Source of the DNA: Macrostomum lignano
Taxonomy: Eukaryota
Direction: 5' to 3'
NCBI GenBank assembly: GCA_002269645.1
Contig: NIVC01000378.1
Location: 48,352 to 112,351, forward strand
DNA length: 64,000 nucleotides
Shown: one piece after another, positions 51,707 to 63,099 of the stretch
Position numbering within the stretch: the first letter of the stretch is position 1
How the letters are laid out: each line of letters starts with the position of its first letter
Notes under the pieces: model-generated
Database searches by the model: none
The model's input: the letters and a program-made list of their open reading frames with translations, nothing else
What the model was told of the DNA's origin: nothing
Position numbers and translations under genes: made by a program

Positions 51707-53533
51707 TCCATTCTATCTTTATATCTGAAGCTTGTCCTGCGATATTCACGTCCACGAGCGCATCAAATACTCGTATCAAGCAGATTTAGTCGAGTAAATT
51801 AGATAAGAAACGGACTTAAAAATTGGTTGTTCCAGGTATCTCCAGGATTGCTGTTAAAATAAAAAATAATAATCTGTCTGCTGCTGACGAAGCTCTGGAA
51901 ATGAATTCTGCAAAGCAGTTTTACGAGCTAGGAAATGGATTCGTGCACCAACCTGTTTGTTCATATCCGCAAGCAGTTTTATTATCAATCTATTCTACGA
52001 AACAAAGGACTTCTGCAGCCCGCTTATCTACGCACCATTCTGCTCCCATAAGCGCGCGGACTCGTCATCAATCTTCTCAGCAATCGAGCGTTCAAAATGA
52101 ATTAGCGAATTGGAATTGGGTGGAAATTGCTCCGCTGTCTCCCGCTAATCCGGACTAACTATGCTTAATTCTTCACTTGAAGACCATCCCCTCCCCGGCA
52201 AGGCCTCGGGAAAGTCTGCTGGGAACCGATTGGCAAGCAGGCGGCTTTCTAGTCACGAACTCAGCCGCTGACTCAAGGAATCATTTTAGTCTTAAGGAAT
52301 GAATCAAAGTTAGATAAAATTCGTCTAAAGTCCGGTCCCGTATATCCGGAATGGAAACCCCCAACTGAAGATTGCTGGATTCCCAATCTATCTGGACCAA
52401 TGTGGGCTCACACTTGATCCGAATTTTCGGAGAGCCAGCGTCAGATATTAGTAAGTCCTTTCTCTGGAAAATCTAATGAAGTCGGATGCTCTTCTCTCGT
52501 GAGTTCATTTGCTACGAGCTAGATCTGTTTCTTTAGCAGAGCAGATGTAGGATCTCAGGAAATAGCATTTCTAGCCAGAAACTGATTGCTCGACACAGTC
52601 GAACACAGCTTCCGGTATTTTAGGCCGTGGAAATAAGAGCAGCAGTTCATGCGTTCAAAGCTTAAAAGGTTTTTCTAAAAAAACGTTGAAGTCACAAATG
52701 CGCTTTATTTAATTGCAGTTCAAGGGTCTTTTGGTCAAGTTGCATATCAAAGCGACAGTCTAAAAACACACGCTCACCCAGGGTGTACACTGTACATCAG
52801 CCCTGGATTTCTCTTCATCAAACATGTACTCTCTCCTCTGTGCCTTGGATGTTGGCCTTCTAGAACGCGTGTTGAAGCCAGGAACTGAAAGTTATCGATG
52901 TTAAAATTTCGCTACACTCGGCTCTCGGATTCCAAAGATAATCTGAGTTCGTAGTTGAAAATATTTTTATTGTATCAACGCAATTCATCGCAAACATTTT
53001 TGTCTATCGGATAAGCTTTCAAATATCCCTGAAACACGAAGCATACAGCAGGATTTAAAATCGTCAAAAGCTTCAAATAAAGATTTAGGCAAGCAAAATA
53101 AATTCGACACACGCAAATGTAGTCACGTGGCGTCAGACGGTTTTTTGAAGCAGCTCCACGTTTTGCGCTTTTGCGAAAATTTCATCCTTGAAACTGCTAC
53201 AGCAAGGAGGGCGTAGGAAATTCTTTGATAAGACAAAGCTTGAAACATGGCATCCTGCATGCATTCGCGAATTGAAAGACACGCAACGGAGCTAATGAAA
53301 AAATACAGTTATAGCAACCGCTGGTTGGGGCAGTCAGTTAGGAAATTGAAACCAGCAAAGCGAATCCCTATTGGCTAAGAAGCGGAACCCACTCTGTCTC
53401 CCTAACCCCAGCCAGATGCATGTAGCCCATATCAGGACTGTTCGCAGTGAAAGACCGGCTCATTTAATCTCTGTGTCTGAACCACAGCCAAAACCTTACA
53501 AAAAACGAAGTAATTCAGCGACCAATTCGAAGC

Positions 53534-54763
53534 ATGTTCGAAGGCGCATTTCTAATTAAGTATTACCAGTTAAACAGCAATGTGTGCGCCGCGATCCGTT
53601 GGAAGCTTGAGAACATCAGTGGCAACGAATACCTTGATCCGTACTGCAACGAGTACGACGTAGGCATGTCGGGCACGTTTCTGCCGGTGAGCCTGATCGG
53701 CCTTCTGCTAAGCCTATTCAGCGCCTGCATCTTCTTGGGCCAGCGTCAACGCACTTCTTTCCGCACTAGCTTAGTTGCACTGTCTCTGGCCACCAGCGGC
53801 TATATGCTGCTGGCCTCCATAGACTTCATCAACGTACTGTCTGGCGCCTGCCTCTACTGGCGCGACCCGAGCCGCCGGCCTCAGGTCCTGGTGGCGGCAG
53901 TTGCTTGCGTACTCTGCGACTGCCTGCTCTGCCTGCGAAATTGGTGCAATCTGCTCATGACTGCGCAGCGCACCGAGGCTTTAATATTCCCGTTGCGCGT
54001 CAATAAGCTGTTAAATAAGCGCAACTTTGTTGCCACCCTGATATTGCTGCTTTTTCTGCTTCTGCCCATGTCTCTTGTGCGCTCGTTCGCCGAGTTTCTG
54101 GTGGTCTGCAGCGACTCGCAGAACAGCTTTGCTAGCGTCGGCTATCCGCTGCAACGCGAGGACAAAGCCGACATTGTCGATCTCAAGTCGCACTATAGCT
54201 ACCTGTACACGCACGAGTGGTTCGAGTTCTACGAGGCGCACGTGTTCTTCACTGTCCAGACGATCATCCCAGTGACCTGCGTGATGGCCTTCTCCGTGGC
54301 AATGTCGGTCACAATGCTGAAGAATCGCGGCGGCGGTGGCGGCGGAGGCGATGGTGGCGGAGCAGCAGCTTCGGCGGTCCCGTCGCAGAGCAAGCGGAAC
54401 AAGGCGCGCGCCAGTCGAACCGTGCTGTGTCTGGCTATCATTTTCAGCGCACTGCAAATGCCCAGCTACCTGGGCCAACTGCTCATGACTAGCGGCTGGC
54501 TCAATTTTCTATTCCAGGATAAGAAATTTCAATTCGTAGCCGAGCTGTCGCTGTTCCTAGACTCGATCTTCAATATATTTGTCTACGCCTATTTTGTGCC
54601 GGATTTCAAGCTGTTCTTTGTCCGCGCCTGGCGCCGGCTCACCTGTCAACAATTGCCAGAGTCGCGTCGGCTACCGCCGGGATGCAGCAGCGACTACAGC
54701 AGGCGGGTGCAGGACAGCGTCCCAGAGACAAGGGCTCTGCGCGCGACCGGCAGGACCGACTGA
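53534..54763 (+). CDS. intronless class A (rhodopsin-like) 7TM orphan receptor, peptide-receptor-like
   Basis: 409-aa ORF with seven hydrophobic segments, N-terminal NIS sequon, QRTEALIFPL at the DRY position, ASRTVLCLAIIFSALQMP in TM6, NIFVY at the NPxxY position. True start could be the later ATG (MSGTF) or involve a splice at about 53568. Confidence 0.88.
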   Translation: MFEGAFLIKYYQLNSNVCAAIRWKLENISGNEYLDPYCNEYDVGMSGTFLPVSLIGLLLSLFSACIFLGQRQRTSFRTSLVALSLATSGYMLLASIDFINVLSGACLYWRDPSRRPQVLVAAVACVLCDCLLCLRNWCNLLMTAQRTEALIFPLRVNKLLNKRNFVATLILLLFLLLPMSLVRSFAEFLVVCSDSQNSFASVGYPLQREDKADIVDLKSHYSYLYTHEWFEFYEAHVFFTVQTIIPVTCVMAFSVAMSVTMLKNRGGGGGGGDGGGAAASAVPSQSKRNKARASRTVLCLAIIFSALQMPSYLGQLLMTSGWLNFLFQDKKFQFVAELSLFLDSIFNIFVYAYFVPDFKLFFVRAWRRLTCQQLPESRRLPPGCSSDYSRRVQDSVPETRALRATGRTD

Positions 54764-55058
54764 ACCTCGTCAAGGCCTGGAAGCGTCCCGGGTATAAAGA
54801 ACTGAAATACTTTCATAATGAATAATGAACTTAGACTGTCCTTGACACTTAATACCACCGCACAGGCATGCGCGAACCACTTCACCGTTTTGAGCTCCAT
54901 TGTCAGCCCCCTGTCAATCTGTCAGACAAAGAGGAATTTTGCACTCTGCTCACAGTCCTCTCTGCCTTCATAGTTGCTGTCCCACTCTTCTAAATTCCCA
55001 AATACTCTTAATCGTTTTCCTCTCTGCTTTGATTCCGCTTTCTCGCACGTAGAAAAGT

Positions 55059-55692
55059 CAAGGACGACTTAAGTACAAGGACGGGAAAGCTCGTTTCTTA
55101 GAAAATTTTAGAAGGCAGGCTTTGATAGGAGGCAGATCCACTGTTCATCTTTTGATATGTTGTGCCTTTCTTATTGCTCTATCGATATTCATAAAGCTTT
55201 TCGTTCAGAAAATTAGGATTCTGTGTTATTTTTTTATTCCACGTACATTTGCTGTACATAAAAAAAAATAATAATGCATTGCACAGCTCCAAATGATTGG
55301 TTTTATGAATCTATTTTATCATCTCGGTTACAAATATTTGTTACACAGTCAGCTAAGAATGATTAAATAGACTCATAAAACCAAAGAGCCGAGCTGTGCT
55401 ATTTTAATGGTTTTTAGGCACAAGACATGCGCAAATGTATGTAGAATAAAAATTAACATAGAATCCTAATTTTCTGAACAAAAAGCTCTATTAATACCGA
55501 TAGAGCAATAAATAAGGCACAAAATATCAAAAGATAAACACTGGATCTGCCTCCTATCAAAAGCAATAGCAATTTTTGTGCTGAAAAAATGAAAACTTCC
55601 TATCTCCGTAGTGTATTTTTTCGGGAAAAGCCTGCCTTCTAAAATTTTCTAAGAAACGAGAAGTTTCCGTCCTTCTACTTAAGTCGTCCTTG
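55059..55692. mobile_element. palindromic MITE, hAT-like
   Basis: Ends CAAGGACGACTTAAGTA / TACTTAAGTCGTCCTTG; arms are inverted nearly to the centre (about 55345). 8-bp direct repeat AGAAAAGT at 55051-55058 and 55693-55700. Confidence 0.85.
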
Positions 55693-56559
55693 AGAAAAGT
55701 ACGTAAATATTTTCGCGATTTGTCGCGATTTTCAGATTGTCAAACTCAAAATAGATTGTTTAAATTCAACTGTGGAACACAAAAACATTTTCGTGATCAT
55801 TTTATTTTTGCGTAGAGAATAGCTCATTAAATTAAATTTTTAAAACCTAAGAGGTAAAATACAGTAAAACCGCTTCCGGTTCACTCGTTAAAACTCACGA
55901 TTAAAATCTTTTGTCCAAAATGGAATCCAAACAATTTCCTCTCTGCTTTTTTCTAAATTTTTATGAATTCTGAGTTCTCTAGTCCGCATTAACAACATAG
56001 AGAATAAAAATACAATGTAAAATTTAAGTATCCTGGTCCCGCAAATGGAGCAAACTGACATGCTCCAACCAGAATCATTATCATAGGGCAACTTGATCCG
56101 TGCGAGAGAGGATAGGTAGATTAAATAAATTTGCATTAGGATTCATGCAGTAGCAATAATGCCCCCGGGCCGTCAAGCCGTGGCAGTTTATTTTTCTGCA
56201 AAGCTTACTTACTCTCTTGTCGTCACATTGATCTGATAATCTCTCTATCCATACCAGCTGCAGATACATATCTAGATTCACTCGCTGTGAACCTCCCGGG
56301 AGGCAACAATAAGCATTGAGCAGTATTCTCGTAAAATAATTTACGAGCTACTTTCTCGATTGATAATGCTAGAGAATAGCAGTATCCTGGATGATTTAAT
56401 TTATACACTAGCGCTATACGTCAGAGGAACATTTACGCGCGATGTAAAAGTACCAATTTATCCGGGATCAACGTCAAAAGACGTCGGATTGCTTTACGGA
56501 TACTCGTAAAATTAGAACGAAGCTAAACTTGCGAATAGCACCAGACCTTTTCGCATTCA

Positions 56560-57660
56560 ATTTTGAACTAAGGGACAACCAAAAGTGACAAATCGCTATT
56601 CAATTTTAAACTAAGGGACAACCAAAAGTGACAAATCGCTAATCGATTTTGAACTAAGGGACAACCAAAAGTGACAAATCGCTATTCAATTTTGAACTAG
56701 GGACAACCAAAAGTGACAAATCGCTATTCAATTTTGAACTAGGGACAACCAAAAGTGACAAATCGCTATTCAATTTTGAACTAGGGACAACCAAAAGTGA
56801 CAAATCGCTATTCAATTTTGAACTAAGGGACAATCAAAAGTGACAAATCGCTATTCAGTTTTGAACTAGGGACAATCAAAAGTGACAAATCGCTATTCAA
56901 TTTTGAACTAAGGGACAACCAAAAGTGACAAATCGCTATTCAATTTTGAACTAGGGACAACAAAAAGTGACAAATCGCTATTCAATTTTGAACTAGGGGA
57001 CAATCAAAAGTGACAAATCGCTATTCAATTTTGAACTAGGGACAACCAAAAGTGACGAATCGCTATTCAATTTTGAACTAGGGGACAATCAAAAGTGACA
57101 AATCGCTATTCAATTTTGAACTAGGGACAACTAAAAGTGACAAATCGCTATTCAATTTTGAACTAGGGGACAATCAAAAGTGACAAATCGCTATTCAATT
57201 TTGAACTAGGGACAACCAAAAGTGACAAATCGCTATTCAATTTTGAACTAGGGACAGCCAAAAGTGACAAATCGCTATTCAATTTTAAACTAGGGACAAT
57301 CAAAAGTGACAAATCGCTATTCAATTTTGAACTAGGGACAATCAAAAGTGACAAATCGCTATTCAATTTTGAACTAGGGACAGCCAAAAGTGACAAATCG
57401 CTATTCAATTTTAAACTAGGGACAATCAAAAGTGACAAATCGCTATTCAATTTTGAACTAGGGACAATCAAAAGTGACAAATCGCTATTCAATTTTGAAC
57501 TAGGGACAACCAAAAGTGACAAATTGTTATTCAATTTTAAACTAGGGACAGCCAAAAGTGACAAATCGCTATTCAATTTTAAACTAGGGACAATCAAAAG
57601 TGACAAATCGCTATTCAATTTTGAACTAGGGACAACCAAAAGTGACAAATCGCTATTTAA
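56560..57660. repeat. 42-bp minisatellite
   Basis: GAACTAGGGACAACCAAAAGTGACAAATCGCTATTCAATTTT. Confidence 0.97.
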
Positions 57661-58312
57661 ATTTGAAATTTGAATTTTTTGCACAGCGCTGAATGCGACT
57701 TCTTAAATTTCGACAATTAACAATTGCGACGAGGAAGACTCTATAGAACTTTTCAGCCTAATTTTCACGGTTGCTTTAAATGACGTCACTGATGAAAAAG
57801 TACAAGCTGGTAATTAAAATCTAAAGGTAAAATATAAAGAAGCTAGCGACCAGACACTGTCGTCATGTTATTACCTAGGAGCTATACCAGACCTAGCTAT
57901 CGGTGTGCGGTTTGAGTTCATTAGTTATTCACAGCTTACCGCACACTTGACCACCGCCCGCCTATGCGAGCTATAAGCGGCAATCTTCTGCTTGTAGAGA
58001 GATGGGGATCCTGCATCCTGGCTTAGTGCTCTATACTGACTTCCTCTGAGCTGCTCCTCGGCTGCCAACTTTCTTGAGCTGCAGTATCCTCGCAGAGGGC
58101 TTAGCATTGATCCCCTTGGGCCAATTTCCAGCTGGGAGCAGCGAAGCATCGCTAGCGTCTCATGACATCCCGCAGCTATTTGCTTGACGGTAATTAGCTG
58201 CTGCTCCCGCTAACAGCTCAGCCATTTGATCCTGAATAATAGTGCGACTCAGCATTACCCTGCATACTCGGCGGTCGAACAGCATTGGAAGTTCATAGCG
58301 GTCTTCGTCTGT

Positions 58313-59035
<723 letters not shown>

Positions 59036-59550
59036 CAATATTTTTAATAAAATGATGGATATGCAGCAGTGCAAAGCTAAAATTCAATATAAACGGCAGG
59101 ATTTCACAGTTTTCTGATTTCTCACAGACATCAGCAAATAACAGTGCAGAGAAAGACGGTTTGAGTCCAAAAGCTCGAGAGATTTACGGATCGAGAAATT
59201 GAGAAAGGCGATGTTCTGTCAAACAAGCCGCAGCAGGCCTACGCGGAGCCCATATGCAGATCAATCAAACCTTTAGCATATAATGTCATGAGTTTCCCGC
59301 TAAGAGGAAGCCGAACTGCATGTACCAGAGTGCCACGGAATCCTGAAACCCATTCCAATGCGTGAATCTTATTGCTTCTTCGCCGGCTGCGATATTAAAA
59401 AATCTGTGCGTTATTAAACTCGCTGGGGCGTGTGTACTTTTCAGTTTATTAACATAACTGTGAGAGAAGGATGTATAATATGCAAAGTAAATTGACTTCT
59501 AGGAAAGAAAACTGAGTTCTCGGTAATGCTAATCATTTTTATTGAGATTA

Positions 59551-59720
59551 GGAGCCACTAGGCTCGTGTGGTCAACGCGTCTCAAGCCAGAACCCTTGCT
59601 GGTTCCATTTCTGGAGTTTGTCCAACGATTCACAGTCATGAGGGCCAACCCAAAGGAGTGTACATGCCTGACCATTAGAAAGTCGAAGGCCGATGTACAC
59701 CCTGCGTGAATATTTATTTG
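59551..59720 (+). mobile_element. diverged SINE fragment sharing a central domain with the 61672 SINE
   Basis: Weak A box (TAGGCTCGTGTGG) and B box (GGTTCCATTTC). 59643-59708 GCCAACCC-AAGG...AGTGTACATGCCT...GGCCG-TGTACAC matches 61810-61885. Confidence 0.6.
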
Positions 59721-59924
59721 ACTTTCTAGATTAACAAGCCTGGGTGACAATGGTCTCCAATTTTAATCGCCTCCATTATGGAGTGTAGGAAAGGTATCAA
59801 AAATCGAGGATAAATTTGGATTTGAAAAAGTTATTTAGAGTTAAAGTCAACCTTGAATAAGTTTTCATGGCATTGTCTTTTAGACTTTCTAGACATTTGT
59901 TTCTCTTGAATCATAACCCTCGGT

Positions 59925-60247
59925 CTAGTCTGTTTTCTTATCAGCAACTGGTCGATCCTCCTCTCCTGATTGGCCTTCACGCTTAGGTTCGTCAGTTACT
60001 TCTCCTGGCTGCACCTCGTCTTCTGATTGGTTGACAGGCTTAGGTTCGTCATCACCCTGCCGACTCGGAGAGTTGGACTGCTTGGAAAGCTCAGACACCT
60101 CAATCGCTTCCGCGTCATCGACAGGCTGCACAGCGTTGCTGGGAGTGGCGCGCATCAGGTTTATGTTGCAGGAGCGACTTAAGAACTTGTAGAAGCGAAC
60201 AAAGTACGGATTGATAAATGCTTCGTCGACTTCTTCGCGGTAGCCGC
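59925..60247 (-). CDS. SLC5 symporter terminal exon, acidic cytosolic tail
   Basis: TTGTTTAAG| then (R)GYREEVDEAFINPYFVRFYKFLSRSCNINLMRATPS...KKTD-stop; phase fits the previous exon. Confidence 0.82.
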
Positions 60248-60328
60248 CTTAAACAAGTATAGAATTACTTGAATGACATTTCGAATTCGTTAAACCAGAC
60301 ACAACTAGCATTAGAACAAACTGCTTAC

Positions 60329-60429
60329 GCGTAAATAACGACACAATAAAGCCGCCAGCCGTGGTTGCAGCGGATCCGATTATGGGAAACCACACATAGG
60401 AGAGGCTGTACCAGTCGTCGAGAGGTTCT
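60329..60429 (-). CDS. SLC5 symporter exon (last TM)
   Basis: CTTCTTAG| ... C|GTAAGC, 101 nt. EPLDDWYSLSYVWFPIIGSAATTAGGFIVSLFT, the Y-x-x-SY-x-W motif of SLC5A5/6/8/12. Confidence 0.9.
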
Positions 60430-60569
60430 CTAAGAAGTGTCCAAGATGTAATTTGAAAAAATGATCAAATTAGTTCAAGAGCCAATTTAACTGAAGTTCT
60501 ACGACGTAGTGACAGTGTAGGTCTATAATATTTGTAGCGTCCCGCAAGGAGTGGTTGAATTGCGTCACA

Positions 60570-61160
60570 CAAGAGAGTGGATATTGCGTTACACAAGAGA
60601 GTGGATATGGTGTCCCACAAGAGAGTGGATATTGCGTTACACAAGAGAGTGGATATGGTGTCCCACAAGAGAGTGGTTGGCATCAAATCCCACAAGAGAG
60701 TGGACATTGCGTCCCACAGCTACAAGAGAGTGGATTTGGTGTCCCACAAGAGAGTGGACATTGCGTCCCACGGCTACAAGAGAGTGGATTTGGTGTCCCA
60801 CAAGAGAGTGGATATGGTGTCCCATAAGAGAGTGGACATTGCGTCCCACGGCTACAAGAGAGTGGATATGGTGTCCCATAAGAGAGTGGACATTGCGTCC
60901 CACGGCTACAAGAGAGTGGATATGGTGTCCCATAAGAGAGTGGACATTGCGTCCCACGGCTACAAGAGAGTGGATATGGTGTCCCATAAGAGAGTGGACA
61001 TTGCGTCCCACGGCTACAAGAGAGTGGATATGGTGTCCCATAAGAGAGTGGACATTGCGTCCCACGGCTACAAGAGAGTGGATATGGTGTCCCATAAGAG
61101 ATTTGTGAGCATTACATCCAACAAGAGAATGGACATTGCGTCCCATAAAACGTGGACATT
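60570..61160. repeat. 23/29-bp compound minisatellite in SLC5 intron
   Basis: AAGAGAGTGGATATGGTGTCCCA(C/T) alternating with AAGAGAGTGGACATTGCGTCCCACGGCTAC. Confidence 0.95.
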
Positions 61161-61282
61161 GCGTTCCACAATGGAATGGAATTTCATGTACTAAAATTAA
61201 GTACGCTTGCACTTCCCCCTATTCATTACTTTTGAAGCGATCGAGCGTCAAGGGCCATTAGATAAGTCACTGCGATGCTTAC

Positions 61283-61458
61283 ACAACAGGAGCTTGCGTA
61301 GTCCCAACTGTGGTCGGCAGCAAGGTGGTGCCGGGAGTGCCAACGTCGCAATTGCTAATATTTGTTGGCAATCCAACAAGTTGTTTTCCATTCAGATAGG
61401 AACCAATGCTGAGCCAGCCGGATATAATCAGGCCGCAAACGGAGCCAGCGAGAGCACC
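61283..61458 (-). CDS. SLC5 symporter exon
   Basis: TTCATAG| ... GT|GTAAGC, 176 nt. GALAGSVCGLIISGWLSIGSYLNGKQLVGLPTNISNC..., typical SLC5A8-like TM12 and loop. Confidence 0.9.
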
Positions 61459-61574
61459 CTATGAATTTGTTGTGAAAAATTGCGCTGTTTAAACTTTGCT
61501 ATTGAATACTGAAATTTATCAACTCAACATTGCATTTCGTTTGTCATATGACCATATTAATTGCGTCTGGTATC

Positions 61575-62225
61575 TTAACCATTGTACTTTAGTCTGGTAT
61601 CTAAAACTATTGTACTTTAGTCTAGTATCTTAACCATTGTACTTTAATCTGGTATCTTAACCATTGTACTTAGAGGGGCCGTAGCCCAGCGGTAGAGCAG
61701 CTGCTCTGGTGTGCCAGCGACCCAGGCTCGATTCCAAGTGCAGTCACATTAATTTGGGGCTGAATTGGAATCTCGGCTTGGCTCTGCTCGTGCAATTAAC
61801 GGCCTTGAGAGCCAACCCCAAGGCGCAGTGAAGTGTACATGCCTAACGATAAAATAAAGTTAGGGCCGCTGTACACTCCTGTGTGAGTGTGTGCCTGCGT
61901 ACGTATCCGCACGCTTGTATGCCTGCTCAGGGGAGTCGGCGGAATGGGCAGTAATGCCTCTCGCCGTTGTGTGCCTATGTCGCTTAAAGTGCGCCAGGGT
62001 GCACACAACCCCCTGCCTCTAATAAAAAAAATAACCATTGTACTTTAGTCTGGTATCTAAAACTATTGTACTTTAGTCGGTATCTTAACCATTGTTAGTC
62101 TGGTATCTAAAACTATTGTACTTTAGTCTAGTATCTTAACCATTGTACTTTAGTCTGATATCTAAAACTATTGTACTTATAGTCTAGTATCTTAACCATT
62201 GTACTTTAATCTAGTATCTTAACCA
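61575..62225. repeat. 27-28-bp minisatellite interrupted by a SINE
   Basis: TAACCATTGTACTTTAGTCTGGTATCT. Confidence 0.92.
61672..62031 (+). mobile_element. full-length tRNA-derived SINE with A-tail, inserted in a minisatellite in an SLC5 intron
   Basis: GGGGCCGTAGCCCAGCGGTAGAGC A box, GGCTCGATTCC B box, AATAAAAAAAA tail. Direct repeat TAACCATTGTACTT at 61658-61671 and 62032-62045. Confidence 0.85.
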
Positions 62226-62235
62226 GTGCACTTAC

Positions 62236-62392
62236 ATATTTATTAACGAACGGGAATAGAACTCCCATTGAAAACAGTCCAAGCAATGGGCACCAAAAGA
62301 ACCAGAGAAAGAAAGCGATGCCTGAAGCACCGTTCCACCGAATCGAGTCGAAATTAGGCCCATTAATACCGCTGAGACTCCATAGCACACGA
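62236..62392 (-). CDS. SLC5 sodium:solute symporter exon (SMCT/SMVT-like), with 1-bp frameshift near 62289
   Basis: TGTTTCAG| ... TAT|GTAAGT. VCYGVSAVLMGLISTRFGGTVLQASLSFSGSFGA, then in the shifted frame (P)LLGLFSMGVLFPFVNKY, the SLC5A8/A6-type GPLLGLF motif. Confidence 0.88.
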
Positions 62393-62494
62393 CTGAAACA
62401 GATATAATAGCGGAAATATTGGTCGGGAAGCAGTACGTTGCAGCCAGCTTCCAACAGCAGTCACAGAGACCTCTGTAGTTTTCGGCTGTGTCAG

Positions 62495-62745
62495 CTGGCG
62501 CCTTTCTGTAGCTAGCGCCTCCCCTCTGTAGCTGGCGCCCCCTCTGTAGCTGGCGCCCCCTCTGCAGCTGGCGCCTTTCTGTAGCTAGCGCCTCCCTCTG
62601 CAGCTAGCGCCCCCTCTGCAGCTAGAGCCCCCCTCTGCAGCTAGCGCCTCCCCTCTGTAGCTGGCGCCCCTCTGTAGCTGGCGCCCCCTCTGTAGCTAGC
62701 GCCCCCTCTGTAGCTGGCGCCCCCTCTGTAGCTGGCGTCCTCTGC
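62495..62745. repeat. 19-20-bp GGCGCC-core minisatellite
   Basis: CTGTAGCTGGCGCCCCCT. Confidence 0.92.
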
Positions 62746-63099
62746 AGATGTAGTTTCAGCAAAGAAACTGAAGCTATTTAATTTTTTTCACACCGGGGAA
62801 GGAGCCGAAGTTTTTAAGAATTTCGCATAAAAAAGACCAAAATCCCGCCCAGGAAATTTTGCGTGCATTTGTTAATTTTGCCTGCCTAATTGATGTTTTC
62901 GAAGCAATGACTGAACGACGTTACGCGGGAAATATTCAAAGTTTTTGTTTTCTGCATCCCTCGTTTTGGTTCTTGATTGAAACCGAAGTTGAAAAAAATT
63001 GTTTTAAAAATTAGACAGCCGTTTTTGGCTTTTTTGCTACGACTAGCTGAATGAATTGGAGGACAAATCCCTATTCAGTCAGGGAAAGGGATTACAGCC

